From the NCBI GenBank assembly GCA_964016885.1, contig OZ024762.1:12214001-12278000 (forward strand): 64,000 nt of DNA, given 5' to 3'. This document shows, in pieces, positions 36,641 to 49,682 of the stretch. The position numbers were made by a program, and so were the translations under genes. The DNA is from Eledone cirrhosa (taxonomy: Eukaryota). Under the pieces are notes generated by a model that made no database searches, had not been told where the DNA came from, and saw nothing but the letters and a program-made list of their open reading frames with translations. Position 1 is the stretch's first letter, and each line of letters starts with the position of its first letter.

Positions 36641-38893
36641 AATATATCTTTCTGAAAGAATGGCGAGCAATTTATAATTGTTTCTACTTTTTGGCACAAG
36701 GCCAGCAAATTTCCAGTACATTACTGGTACTTTATTTTATCGACCCCGTAAGGATGAAAGCAAAGTTAACCTCAGCGGGCAATTTATAATGTTATCTAAG
36801 CATTTGTAATGTTATTTATGTAATGTATATATTTGAAACATATTTGTTATGTTATTCTACTGTAAATTTATTTATATGCTTTGTATAATAAATGTGAAGA
36901 ATCACTACAACTAAATTGACCAAATTCGGCCCCCCAATTCAAAAATGCTTCCACTGCCTCTGGCAGTGTTGTGTGTGTTGGCTTTCCTCAAACATTAGGG
37001 GGAGGTTCTATCATCCCTTGCTGTGGTGTGTAAATAAGTTTCTGGGGTTTTCTTCACATCTTTTTTTCTTCGTCGTTTTCTCTCTTCTCGTGTATTTTTA
37101 AATTATTTTAAAATAATTTCAAAAACTAAAAATGTTTCCCCTATGTTTTTTTAAAAATATATATAGTTAAGATATATTACTAAAAATCTCATACGTTATA
37201 AAACAAATAATATAAAACAAATGGGTGGGTTGCGTCTCAATCTGTAAACTAAACGACTAATTCTGGCTTTTAAAAAAGTCAAGAAAAATTACCGATTTTC
37301 GAACGTCACCTCTGCTTATACCTGCTCTCCCGCTTATTCCACCCTCGGCCCCACCCCGCTTATTCCACCCTCAGCCCCACCCCGCTTATTCCACCCTCAG
37401 CCCAACTCCCTATTATTTGGAGCTCAAGAATAGTCAACACGTATTAGCTTTCATTTTCAAACCAATATCGAAATATTACCCCTATATGCCTTCATGTACA
37501 TACATGTTGCACGCGTACGAGCTCGCGTTCCTACAAAGACATGTCCGAGTAATGTCAACCAGCTCCCTCCCTCCTCATCGACAGCATCAACACCTCCGCC
37601 GCCACCATATCATGTTGAACGTTGTGTGGCTGGCTGGTTAGTTGGTTGGTTAGTTGGTTGGCTGGCTGGTTGGTTGGTTGCCTGGTCAGTTGGTTGCCTA
37701 GTTGGTTCGTTGGCTGGCAGATTGGTTGGTTGGTTGGGTGACTGGTTAGTTGGCTGGTTGGTTGGTTGGTTGGTTGGCTGGCTGGTTGGTTGGTTGGTTG
37801 GCTGGCTGGCTGGTTGGTTGCCTGGTTAGTTGGTTGCCTAGTTGGTTCGTTGGCTGGCAGATTGGTTGGTTGGTTGGGTGACTGGTTAGTTGGCTAGCTG
37901 GCTGGTTGGTTGGTTGGTTGGCAGATTGGTTGGTTGGTTGGTTGGTTGGTTGGTTGGCTGGCTGGTTGGTTGGTTGGTTGGCTGCTTGGCTGGTTAGTGG
38001 GTTGCCTGGTTGCTTTTCATCCTTACGAGGTCGTCGGTGTGGGTGGGTGTAAAATAAAGTACCAGTAACGATTTAATCGACTTTCCCTCCCCTGCCCCAC
38101 TTGAATTGCTGGCCCTGCACCAAACCTACATGTAATTATCAATCTTTATCAATAATTATTGATTGGTGAACAGAAGCAGTAGTTAACGTGTTTCAGGTAT
38201 TGTGTCTCTTTATGTTCGGAGTTCAAACGCTGTCAAGGGTAACTTTGCCTTTCATCTTTATCATCATCATCATCATCATCATCATCATTATCACCACCAC
38301 CACCATCACCACCACCATCACCATCACCACCATCACCATCATCATCATCATCATCACCACCATCACCATCATCATCATCATCATCATCATTATCACCACC
38401 ATCACCACCACCACCACCATCACCATCACCACCATCATCATCATCATTATCACCACCACCACCATCACCATCACCACCACCATCACCATCACCACCATCA
38501 ACATCATCATCATCATTGCTCTCACAACCTACTCCCTACATGCTCCCCATCCTTACTCTAATCATATCACCTCAAAATACCCCTAATACCCCTAATATGT
38601 GTGTGTGTGTGACAGCTCACACCTATGCTGTTTTAGCTGGCCTCCTCCAAGGTATATCTCGTTGGAGGTGTCTTGGGTGATTTAATGATAGGGACCCCAG
38701 TCCTATCATCTCATTTCTACAGCTGACTAAACTGGAGCAACGACGTGAAATAAAGTGTCTTGCAAAAGGATCACCCGGTCCGAGAATTGAACTCACAAGC
38801 TTTCGATTGCAAACCCAATGCTCTAACCACTAAACCATGCACCTTACTCCAACCCGATCTTTAAACAGTTGTTAATCCTGACAGTTTTACTAG

Positions 38894-39046
38894 GAAACGG
38901 TTTCATAAACTCCAAGAATACCAGATTGAAAAACTGAAGCTATTGCATGGCTCATACGAGGAATGTGTTAACCACAACAACGAACAAACGGCCAGAATTA
39001 CAGGGAAAGCCAGGCGCCTTACTCAAGAGACAAACAAAAGGAGAAA
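38894..39046 (+). CDS. CEP126: CEP126/KIAA1377-like exon (acceptor could also be the in-frame site at 38885; upstream start exon not found)
   Basis: KARRLTQETNKRRK resembles CEP126 RARKxxxExNRRKK; phase-2 donor joins the next exon in frame. Confidence 0.7.
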
Positions 39047-39283
39047 GTAAATACGCCATACTTTCTATTTATTATTCTATTTTCTGTGCCCTAGCCACCA
39101 TTTTGTTGTTAGCTGTTAACATCCTGTACCACAACCAACCACATCTTCTTTTTCTTTTCTGCTTTCTCTGTCATTGGAGGTAGACATAAAATGATGATTG
39201 CGGTGATATATATATATACGTATATATATATATATATATGTGTATATATATATATGTATATATATATATATACATATATATGT

Positions 39284-39352
<69 letters not shown>

Positions 39353-39531
39353 TAGATATATATATAGAGAGAGAGATAGATATATATACATATATAGATA
39401 GATAGATATATATACATATATATACATATATAGATATATATACATATATAGATATATATACATATATACATATACATATATACATATATATATACACATA
39501 TATATATACATATATATACATATATATATAC

Positions 39532-39626
<95 letters not shown>

Positions 39627-40010
39627 CATACATACATATATATACATATACACATCCAGACATATATATATACATATATATATATACATATATAGAAGTA
39701 GTAACACAACAGTTAGTTCACCATACCAAGAGCAATTGTTTCACCTTATGTAGATCTTCAGCTTGGACTGGTAATGGTTATACGGAACAGGAAGAACAAC
39801 TGTATAAACACGCATGGGTAGAAACAGTTCTTTCACCCAAGTGATACAAAACCACGGGCGAAAGGTGGTTTCGAGTTGAATAGAAAATTAAAATGTTGTT
39901 GTTATTCAATACGGAGCTTTGTAGTTATGCAAGAGGTGTTTCCAGGCATGTGGACATGTATATATAAATATATATATATATGTATACACATCCATCCATA
40001 TATTTTTTTT

Positions 40011-40324
40011 TCATTTCATTTTTACGTCCGCTTTTTCCCTGCTTGCAAGGGTGGGTCAGGAACTGATTCTGGCTTGATTTCTAACACCAACCTCATTTAC
40101 AGTGAGTGCTGGGTGCTTTTTTGCCGTGGCACCTCCACGACCACTTTGCAGTGGAATGATAGGGACCCCAGTCCCTGTCATCTCATTTCTACAGCTGAGT
40201 AAACTGGAGCAATGTGAAATAAAGTGTCTTGCTCAAGGAAACAACACATCACCCGGTCTGAGAATTGAACTCACAACCTTTCGATTGCAAGGCCAATGCT
40301 CTAACCACTAAGCCATGTGCCTCC
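40011..40324 (-). mobile_element. SINE family A
   Basis: Reverse complement of 3696-4043. Confidence 0.85.
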
Positions 40325-40440
<116 letters not shown>

Positions 40441-40503
40441 CCATCCATACATATATGTATACATTTTCTGCTCTCCCTAACTGTGTTTGCCATTGTTCAC
40501 TAG

Positions 40504-40643
40504 AGTTCTAGCATTGCGAAGGAAACAAGAGAGTCAAAAGGAGGAGAAACGATGCCAACAAATCCTACTGCACCGTCGATTACTGCAGCAAGAAGCAACG
40601 GAAAAATTCCAGAGGGCACCAGTTCAAAACCTCAACAAAAAAG
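40504..40643 (+). CDS. CEP126: CEP126-like exon (N-terminal coiled coil)
   Basis: QQILLHRRLLQQEATEKFQRA resembles EQILQQRKQKFEEVTEKFQRA; phase 2/1. Confidence 0.82.
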
Positions 40644-40662
40644 GTACGTTAATTCCATTTAA

Positions 40663-41386
40663 CCCTGTAACATTTAAACCGGCCATATCTAGCTAGCATT
40701 CTCTCACTTCTTTCTGTTCAAACCGGCTGTAACTGGTCACTTATACTGATGTTAAGGTATTGTTCTTAAAATAAATAATATCAAAATCTCATAGATTCCA
40801 TATTATGTGAGATATTATGTGAGGTAAAGCCTTTACTGTGAAAATACAATAGTATATATAGAGTAATGTAAATGTTATGTGAGATATTATGTGAGGTAAA
40901 GCCTTTACTGTGAAAATACAATAGTATATATAGAATAATGTAAATGTTATGTGATACATTATGTGAGGTAAAGCCTTTACTATGAAAATACAATAGTATA
41001 TATAGAGTAATGTAAATGTTATGTGATACATTATGTGAGGTAAAGCCTTTACTGTGAAAATACAATAGTATATATAGAATAATTTAAATGTTATGTGATA
41101 CATTATGTGAGGTAAAGCCTTTACTGTGAAAATACAATAGTATATATAGAATAATTTAAATGTTATGTGATACATTATGTGAGGTAAAGCCTTTACTATG
41201 AAAATACAATAGTATATATAGAATAATGTAAATGTTATGTGATACATTATGTGAGGTAAAGCCTTTACTGTGAAAATACAATAGTATATATAGAATAATG
41301 TAAATGTTATGTGAGATATTATGTGAGGTAAAGCCTTTACTGTGACAATACAATAGTATATATAGAGTAATGTAAATGTTAAAGGG
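40663..41386 (-). mobile_element. MITE family 1 with 72-bp array (about 8 units)
   Basis: TTAA-CCC...GGG-TTAA; fills nearly the whole intron. Confidence 0.9.
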
Positions 41387-41410
41387 TTAAGACATCATTG
41401 TCTGTTTCAG

Positions 41411-41747
41411 GAGCAAGCTGTCCAAACACACCGCTGGAGGAAGTACTCCAGATTATCCGAGGTGAGGCACCCTACAGCAAGACAACATGTCATACTATGA
41501 AACCCCTTCGATCACAGTCAGCGAAGCTACGGAAGGAGGTCCAGTTTGGTAGTGCCACCGTCACATCGAAACCACCCATTCACCCACCGTCCCAAGTCAT
41601 GTACATGGTCAACCCTTCTGGGAGAACGGCTTTCTGCATCCAGAAGAACTTAAAGAGTACGGTGAACAACAGAGACTTGTTTGAGCAGCAGCTGAGACGA
41701 CATCAACAACAACAACAACAACAACCGCTGCAGCTAACACCACCACC

Positions 41748-41779
<32 letters not shown>

Positions 41780-41977
41780 CCACAACCACAACCATAACTG
41801 ACCAAGGGACTTCCTCTGCAGCTAGAGAGGAACTCAGTGACTCTGAGGAAAGTGTTTCCAGCAGTGTGACAGATGTCAAGAAGTGCAAGCTGCCCACAAC
41901 TGCAGCTACCCACAACACCCCAACACACACTCATGACCATATTACCAAATTCCAAGAGATGCTGTTCGCTAGGAATG
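41411..41977 (+). CDS. CEP126: CEP126-like exon
   Basis: TPLEEVLQIIRG resembles PPLEEALKQI; tttcag acceptor, gtaaga donor; phase 1/1. Confidence 0.78.
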
Positions 41978-42339
41978 GTAAGAAAAGAACCGATGAATAA
42001 CCTTCTTTAAATGGTGAAATAATCCACATTTTGTTTTTGTTCTTAACACGGTGGATTCCTAAATGTATTTGTGAATGAATGATGATAATAATAATATAAT
42101 TGTTTCTACTTTTGGCACAAAGCCAGCAATTACAACCCCCCCCCCTCCCTCAGTGTATTACTGGTACTTTATTTTATCGGCCCCAGTAAGGACGAAAGGC
42201 AAAGTTGACCTCGGTGTGATTTGAACTGAGAGAGGAGAGAGCTGAAATGGACACTACAGCACATTCTAACGACTGCTAATTAACCGCATATATATATATA
42301 TATATTATATATATATTATATATATTATATATATATATA

Positions 42340-42731
42340 TCATCATCATCATCATCATTTTACGTCCACTTTTCCCTGCTTGCAAGGGTGGGACGGGAAC
42401 TGATTCTGGCTTGATTTCTACAGCTGGATGCCCTTCCTAACACCAACCTCATTTACAGTGAGTGCTGGGTGCTTTTTTGTGGTGGCGCCTACACGACCAC
42501 TTTACATTGAGTGCTGGGTGCTTTTGTTTTGCCGTGGCACTTCCACGACAACTTTGCAGTGGAATGATAAGGACCCTAGTCCTATCATCTCATTTCTACA
42601 GCTGAGTAAACTGGAGCAATGTGAAATAAAGTGTCTTGCTTAAGGAAACAACACATCACCCGGTCTGAGAATTGAACTCACAACCTTTCGATTGCAAGAC
42701 CAATGCTCTAACCACTAAGCCATGTGCTTCC
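42340..42731 (-). mobile_element. SINE family A
   Basis: Reverse complement copy with one internal ~45-bp duplication. Confidence 0.85.
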
Positions 42732-43070
42732 ACTAATAATAATAACAATTGTTTCTACTTTTGGCACAAGGCCAGCAATTACCCAGTGTATTACTGGTAC
42801 TTTATTTTATCAACCCCGTAAGTATGAAAGGCAAAGTTAACCTCGGCAGGATTTTAACTCAGAATGGCAAGGGCCGTAACTCTATGCGTCAAAGCATGGC
42901 GTCCGACCCTCTACCGATACTGCCAATCCACCGCCCTTAATAATAATAATGATACTTTAATTTCTAATGTGATGCAGTCATAGTTTCTAGCAAGTCTTGA
43001 TAATGTGGTTTCGTGTGGTTCAGGACATTAAGATACTGAGAGAAAACTATATTTCTTATTTCAGTACTGA

Positions 43071-43129
43071 GTGAATAAATGTCACTGATGATGGATAAAC
43101 ATCCTGAAACACATGTCTGATATTCTCAC
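43071..43129 (+). ncRNA. Type I hammerhead-like motif with GUC triplet, sense within a CEP126-like intron
   Basis: aatgtca CTGATGA t ggat aaac atcc t GAAA c acat GTC tgatatt; 7-bp helix I plus gtga/tcac extension. Confidence 0.65.
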
Positions 43130-43293
43130 CGACTACTGAGATAGCCATGACATGATCACAGTTTAGAATATTCATAGTGGAACTCCTGTATGTTTATTGT
43201 ATATAAACATATATAGATATATATATGTATATATATATACAGCTTATTATACACCCTCTCTGTTTATTGAATATAACATATATATACCCTATT

Positions 43294-43869
43294 ACACGTG
43301 ATGCGCATGAAAGTCGATAGCTGTATAACAAAGTGCAGGGCAATAAAGATAGACGGTAGCCACGGAATAGGCAGACCTAGAAAAACCTGGGACGAGCTGA
43401 TAAACTCCGACCTCACACACTTACACCTCTCCAAGACAATGTCACTGGACCGAGACCTTTGGCGGTACTCAGTAACAGAGAAGACCCGCCTTGCCAGTAG
43501 GCATCTCTAACAAAATACACCCCGTCCCACCACCACCACCCCCACCCCATCCACACCACCCCGTCCTATGTAAAGTTATGTTGGTGCCGCGCCATCCGGG
43601 CCGAAACAAATGAGATCGTGTAGGTGTCACGACAAAAAAACACACAGTCCACGCTGTAATGTGGCCGTGTAGGCAACACGGTAAAAACCTCCCAGACCCA
43701 CACTGTAAATGTGGTTGGTGTTAGGAAGGGCATCCAACTGTAGAAAACCTGCCAGACAGTCCTATGCGAGCAAGACAATCACTCTTGCCTCAAGTGGGAC
43801 TACCCCCGTCCAAACCCATGCAAGCGTGGAACACGGACGTTAAACGTTGATGATGATGATGATGATGAT
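43294..43869 (+). mobile_element. Second, shorter 5'-truncated copy of the same RTE LINE
   Basis: Nearly identical to 46094-46704, ending in (GAT)n. Confidence 0.92.
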
Positions 43870-43994
43870 ACACCCTCTATGTCTATTGTATATAAACATA
43901 TATATATCTTATTATACACCCTCTATGTCTATTGTATATAAACATATATATACACCTTATTATACACCCCCTATGTCTATTGTATATAAACATA

Positions 43995-46704
43995 GTCAGG
44001 ACGAGACGTACTCGACAACAGAAGAGGACTATCCTCAGGAGGAAAATATGGAAGCTAAAGGACCCCACAGCCAGGAATAAATTTCAAAGCATATTACTTG
44101 ATGCTTTCGACAGTAAGGAAGAACATTTAGAGTCGGACAATATAGAGGGAGAGTGGGAATTTCTGAAAGCAAACCTGCTGTTGGCGACAGACGAGGTCTG
44201 TGGCTGGAGCAGGCCTGTAGGCAGGAGGAGAGTAACATGGTGGTGGAACAGTAAGGTGGAGGGGTCAATTAAGGCCAAAAAGCAGGCTTGGAAAGTATGG
44301 CGGGATGGGGGAAGTAGAGAGGACTATCAAGTGGCCAGGAGGGAAGCTAGGAGACAAGTGTACTTAGCAAGAAGGGAAGCTGAGGAAAGAAAGTTCAAGC
44401 ATGTTCTACAACGCGATGACCAAAAACGTGAGGTGTTCAGGATTGCTAGGCAATGCGTCAAGGAAAACCGTGATATTGTCGGGGAGAAGTGTGTACTAAA
44501 CGACGATGGCACACTTGCCATCACCGACGCTGATAAGAAGGTAGCTTGGAAGTGTCACTATGAAAGGCTTCTAAATGAGGAGAATAATTGGGAGAAAGGC
44601 AGTCTCCCCCATATCGACCCAATAGAGGGACCAGCAGTGTTAGTCGAGGGGAGTATAATAAGTAAGGCAATCAAGGATATGAAGACTGGTAAGGCGGCTG
44701 GGCCTTCGGAAATAGTTGCTGAGATGCTGAAGGCATCTGGCACGGTGGGACACACCATGGTCACCCGCATAGTTAACCAAGTCGTACAGAACGGGGTTGT
44801 TCCGAAGGACTGGCATAGCAGCATCATCGTTAACTGTTATAAGGGTAAAGGAGACGCCCTAGATAGGAGTAACTATAGAGGCATTAAATTAATCGACCAG
44901 GTCATGAAGGTCACGGAAAGAGTAATAGCGCAACTAATCAGAGAGAGAATTGACCTAGATGAAATGCAGTTCGGGTTTGTGTCAGGCAAAAGTACCACAG
45001 ACGCTCTTTTCATAGTACGACAACTACAGGAGAAGTACCTAGCTAAAGGTAAACCCCTCTACTTAGCTTTTGTCGACTTGGAGAAAGCCTTCGACAGAGT
45101 CCCCCGCTCCATTATCTGGTGGGCTCTTAGAAAACTAGGCGTTGACGAATGGCTTGTGAGGGCTATACAAGCCATGTATAAAGAAACAGTCAGCAAGGTT
45201 AGAATTAACAACGAATATAGTGAAGAGTTTAGCGTAAAAGTCGGCGTCCATCAGGGCTCTGTTCTCAGTCCACTACTATTTATTATTGCCCTTCAGGCTA
45301 TAACAGAGGAGTTCAAGACAGGCTGCCCATGGGAACTCCTATACGCAGACGACCTGACACTCATAGCGGAATCAATGGCCGAGCTAGAGAAGAAATTCCA
45401 AACATGGAAGCACGGCCTAGAGTCAAAAGGACTTAAAATTAACCTGGCTAAGACCAAAGTACTAGTTTGTAGGAAAGAAAACAAGGCGGCGGTCCCTTCT
45501 GGGAAATGGTCGTGCTCGGTGTGTAGGAAAGGCGTAGGTAGAAACTCCATTTTATGTCCTAAATGCAAAGTATGGGTGCATAAAAGATGTAGTGGGATCA
45601 CAGGTAAGCTAACTAAGAACATAGATTTTACATGTGGCCGGTGCTCTGGTGCAATAAGTAGCAGCAAGTGCCCACAAACTACTAGCTCTTTCAATTGCGC
45701 AGAGGGTTCTATAGAAATAGTGGACAGCTTCCGTTACCTGGGCGATAAAATCAGCAGTGGGGGAGGGTGCTCTGAAAGTACTGTAGCTAGAGTCAGAACT
45801 GGTTGGAAAAAGTTCAGAGAGCTTATACCACTATTAGCTGCTAAAGGGTTCTCACTAAAAATGAAAGGCAGGTTGTACGATGCCTGCATACGAACAGCAA
45901 TGCTGCATGGCAGTGAGACCTGGGCATTGTGTGCAGAGGATATACGCAGACTAGAGAGGAACGAAGCTTGCATGCTCCGCTGGATGTGTAACAGTAATAT
46001 ACGTGAACGGCAAAGCATAAACGAACTAAGGAATAAATTAGAGATAAGAGGGATCAGATGTTGTTTACTCGAGAGAAGGCTACGTTGGTATGGACACGTG
46101 ATGCGCATGAAAGTCGATAGCTGTATAACAAAGTGCAGGGCAATAAAGATAGACGGTAGTCACGGAATAGGCAGACCTAGAAAAACCTGGGACGAGCTGA
46201 TAAACTCCGACATCACACACTTACACCTCTCCAAGACAATGTCACTGGACCGAGACCTTTGGCGGTACTCAGTAACAGAGAAGACCCGCCTTACCTAAAT
46301 ATATAGTAAAACCTACTCCAGCCAGTAGGCATCTCTAACAAAATACACCCCGTCCCACCACCCCCACCCCCACCCGATCCACACCACCCCGTTCTATGTA
46401 AAGTTATGCTGGTGCCGCGCCATCGAGGCCGAAACAAATGAGATCGTGTAGGTGTCACGACAAAAAACACACAGTCCACGCTGTAATGTGGCCGTGTAGG
46501 CAAGGCAACACGGTAAAAACCTCCCAGACCCACACTGTAAATGTGGTTGGTGTTAGGAAGGGCATCCAACTGTAGAAAACCTGCCAGACAGTCCTATGCG
46601 AGCAAGACAATCACTCTTGCCTCAAGTGGGACTACCCCCGTCCAAACCCATGCAAGCGTGGAACACGGACGTTAAACGTTGATGATGATGATGATGATGA
46701 TGAT
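43995..46704 (+). mobile_element. RTE-clade LINE, 5'-truncated (APE endonuclease missing), open RT ORF to 46298, (GAT)n tail
   Basis: YRGIKL, QFGF, AFVDLEKAFDRV, GVHQGSVLSP, YADD, FRYLG, HGSETW, RRLRWYGHVMR, GRPRKTW. Confidence 0.93.
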
Positions 46705-47492
46705 ACACCTTATTATACACCCTCTATGTCTATTGTATATAAACATATATATACACCTTATTATACACCCTCTCTGTCTGTTGTATATAAACATATATAT
46801 ACACCCTCTATGTCTATTGTATATAAACATATATATACACCTTATTATACACCCTCTATGTCTATTGTATATAAACATATATATATACACCTTATTATAC
46901 ACCCTCTATGTCTATTGTATATAAACATATATATACACCTTATTATACACCCTCTCTGTCTATTGTATATAAACATATATATACACCTTATTATACACCC
47001 CCTATGTCTATTGTATATAAACATATATATACACCTTATTATACACCCTCTCTGTCTATTGTATATAAACATATATATACACCTTATTATACACCCTCTC
47101 TGTCTATTGTATATAAACATATATATACACCTTATTATACACCCTCTATGTCTATTGTATATAAACATATATATACACCTTATTATACACCCTCTATGTC
47201 TATTGTATATAAACATATATATACACCTTATTATACACCCTCTCTGTCTATTGTATATAAACATATATATACACCTTATTATACACCCTCTCTGTCTATT
47301 GTATATAAACATATATATACACCTTATTATACACCCTCTATGTCTATTGTATATAAACATATATATACACCTTATTATACACCCTCTATGTCTATTGTAT
47401 ATAAACATATATATACACCTTATTATACACCCTCTCTGTCTATTGTATATAAACATATATATACACCTTATTATACACCCTCTCTGTCTATG
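46705..47492. repeat. 48-bp minisatellite (also 43190-43293 and 43870-43994)
   Basis: acaccttattatacaccctctatgtctattgtatataaacatatatat, about 16 units here. Confidence 0.92.
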
Positions 47493-47509
47493 TGTGTCTA
47501 TATTTTTAG

Positions 47510-49149
47510 GTAACCAAAGAGCTCGTGGACCCTGCTTAGAAGGAAACGGCTATGGTGGTGTTAATCAGGGAGCTGCACCAGATTCACAGCATTCAATAAA
47601 GATAAAATGGTTAAGCTCCAAAGCTGGTCAAACAGGGTCCTCTGTAGAGCCCAACAGTGTCCCTGATTCTGTTGCAAACGTGAAGCCCATGACAGCATGG
47701 TCAGGCCCTGGTGGTCAGCCAAGCAGAGACAAAGGCAGAGTGGAAACCTGCGGCCAATTTCAAGATTATTGCCAAACGGAAAATGGTTGTACGAGAGACG
47801 CACAATGGCACTGTGATTCTACAACTGACTCAAACAGCGTACATACAAGGGGTGGTGGTGGTGGTGGTGGTGGTGTCAGTGGTGGTAGTGGTGGTGTCGG
47901 TGGTGTCAGTGATGGTGGCGGCGGCGTTGGCAGTGGTGGTGGTGGTGGTGGTATAAGAACTTGGACACTTTCAAAACATAATATTTATGAAAGACAGCTT
48001 TCGAATTTCTCTAACACATATTCTGACATTTCCTATAATTCTTCTAAACCAAACGATCCTGCTTCCGATCACCGACACCCAAACATCCAATCAACTGCTG
48101 CTCATCAGAACGGTTGTAATTCTACAATTTATAAAGTTACAGATACTTCCAAAGGTACCGTGTCATCTACTTCTCAAGTCAATGCTACAACACCAACACA
48201 ACAAAATCTAGCCAACGGCCATCAAACACCTAGACAAAATTCAACCAATGGCTATCAAGAGATGAAACAAAATTCGACCAATGGCTATCAAGTAATCAGA
48301 CAGAATTCAGCCAATAGTTATCAAGTAGTGAGACAGAATTCAGCCAATAACTATCAATCAACTAGGCAAATTTTGCCTAATGGTTATCAAGCAGTGAGGC
48401 AAAATTCAGCCAATGGCTATCAAGCAGTGAGGCAAAATTCAGCCAATGGTTATCAAGCAATGAGGCAAAATTTAACTAATGGCTATCAAGCAGTAAGACA
48501 GAATACATCCAATAACATTCCAGCAAGACAGGAAGTGTCAGATCACATGACTATAAACAGGAAGTCAGGCTCAGAAAGTACCATAAATGGTGTTATATCA
48601 ACAGAGACAAAGCAGATATTAACTCCTTACACTAAATTAAAATGTGAGGACAACAACAATAAGAACAAGAACAGCAATGACAGTGACGCTGCCAACAGTG
48701 ACACCGATGTCACTGCTGATAATATTGGTGACGGCAATGGTAATAATAACAGTAGTAGGTACAAGGACAGGACTCTGTGCTGTTATGTAACGCCCAAAGT
48801 CGTCTTCACCAGACAAACAGGTGTGACACAAGGGGAACCCCGACAGGTAGATAATAACGGTAATAGTCACAGCGACAAGGTAAATAAGGACCAGAGGACA
48901 CAGCAGGAATTTCGTAATTGTTACACCAGTTTCAGGAATCAAAAGTTTGACCGTAACGATTCCGAAAATGTCACGAATGAGTCGTCCCAGAAGAAGAATG
49001 GTAAGTCCATAAGAAGCATCCTAAAGAACCAAGATTTGTACACCAACATCAACCAATCAGCTATCCCCTTTCATGCTAGGGACAGCCTGGAACTTGCACG
49101 ACTGCATTACCTTACCTTTCAAAAGGAGAATGCAACCAGAACTCAAAAG
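47510..49149 (+). CDS. CEP126: CEP126-like large exon
   Basis: 1640-nt open frame with RSILK and ARDSLELAR (cf. IRDSIEL); phase 1/0. Confidence 0.78.
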
Positions 49150-49168
49150 GTTTGTTTTTATAGGATTG

Positions 49169-49208
<40 letters not shown>

Positions 49209-49522
49209 GTGTACTGATATTATCAACATCATCGCCATCATCATCGTCATCATCACCACATCACCATCACCACATCACCTTCACAACCATCATCATCACA
49301 ACCACCACTATCGCAACCACTCTATTCTACCCTATTCCACTGTATTTAACCCCTATTCCACCCACATTCTACTCTCTATCCTCCCCTTCCACTCCAACCT
49401 CTATTCATTCCACCCTCATTCTACCACCCACTATTTCAGCTCTGTTCCACCCTCATTCTACTCCTCAATCCACCCCACTCCACTCCATTAATTCACCTCC
49501 ATGGATGACCTCTCGTTGACAG

Positions 49523-49682
49523 CCACTCAAGAAACACGTCCACTTTGCCACAGAGAACATTCTAAGTGAGAAACCTTTGCAGCCGTCCAACATTAACTGG
49601 GACCACTTTTCAGATTTTATAATTTGCAAGCCACTGCCCATAGACTTGAAGGGCAAATCTGACCACTCCGAGAGATACCAAG
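49523..49682 (+). CDS. CEP126: CEP126-like exon
   Basis: PLKKHVHFATEN...; ttgacag acceptor, gtaagg donor; phase 0/1 fits both neighbours. Confidence 0.68.

Noticed and set aside
43932-43994. N-terminal extension of the RTE ORF
   Set aside because: This is satellite sequence in frame by chance; the element is 5'-truncated and lacks its endonuclease, so it is not autonomous.
46726-49491. 921-aa single ORF fusing the satellite to a unique domain
   Set aside because: An in-frame intronic 48-bp array abuts the real exon. The acceptor at 47509 and donor at 49150 fit the neighbouring exon phases.
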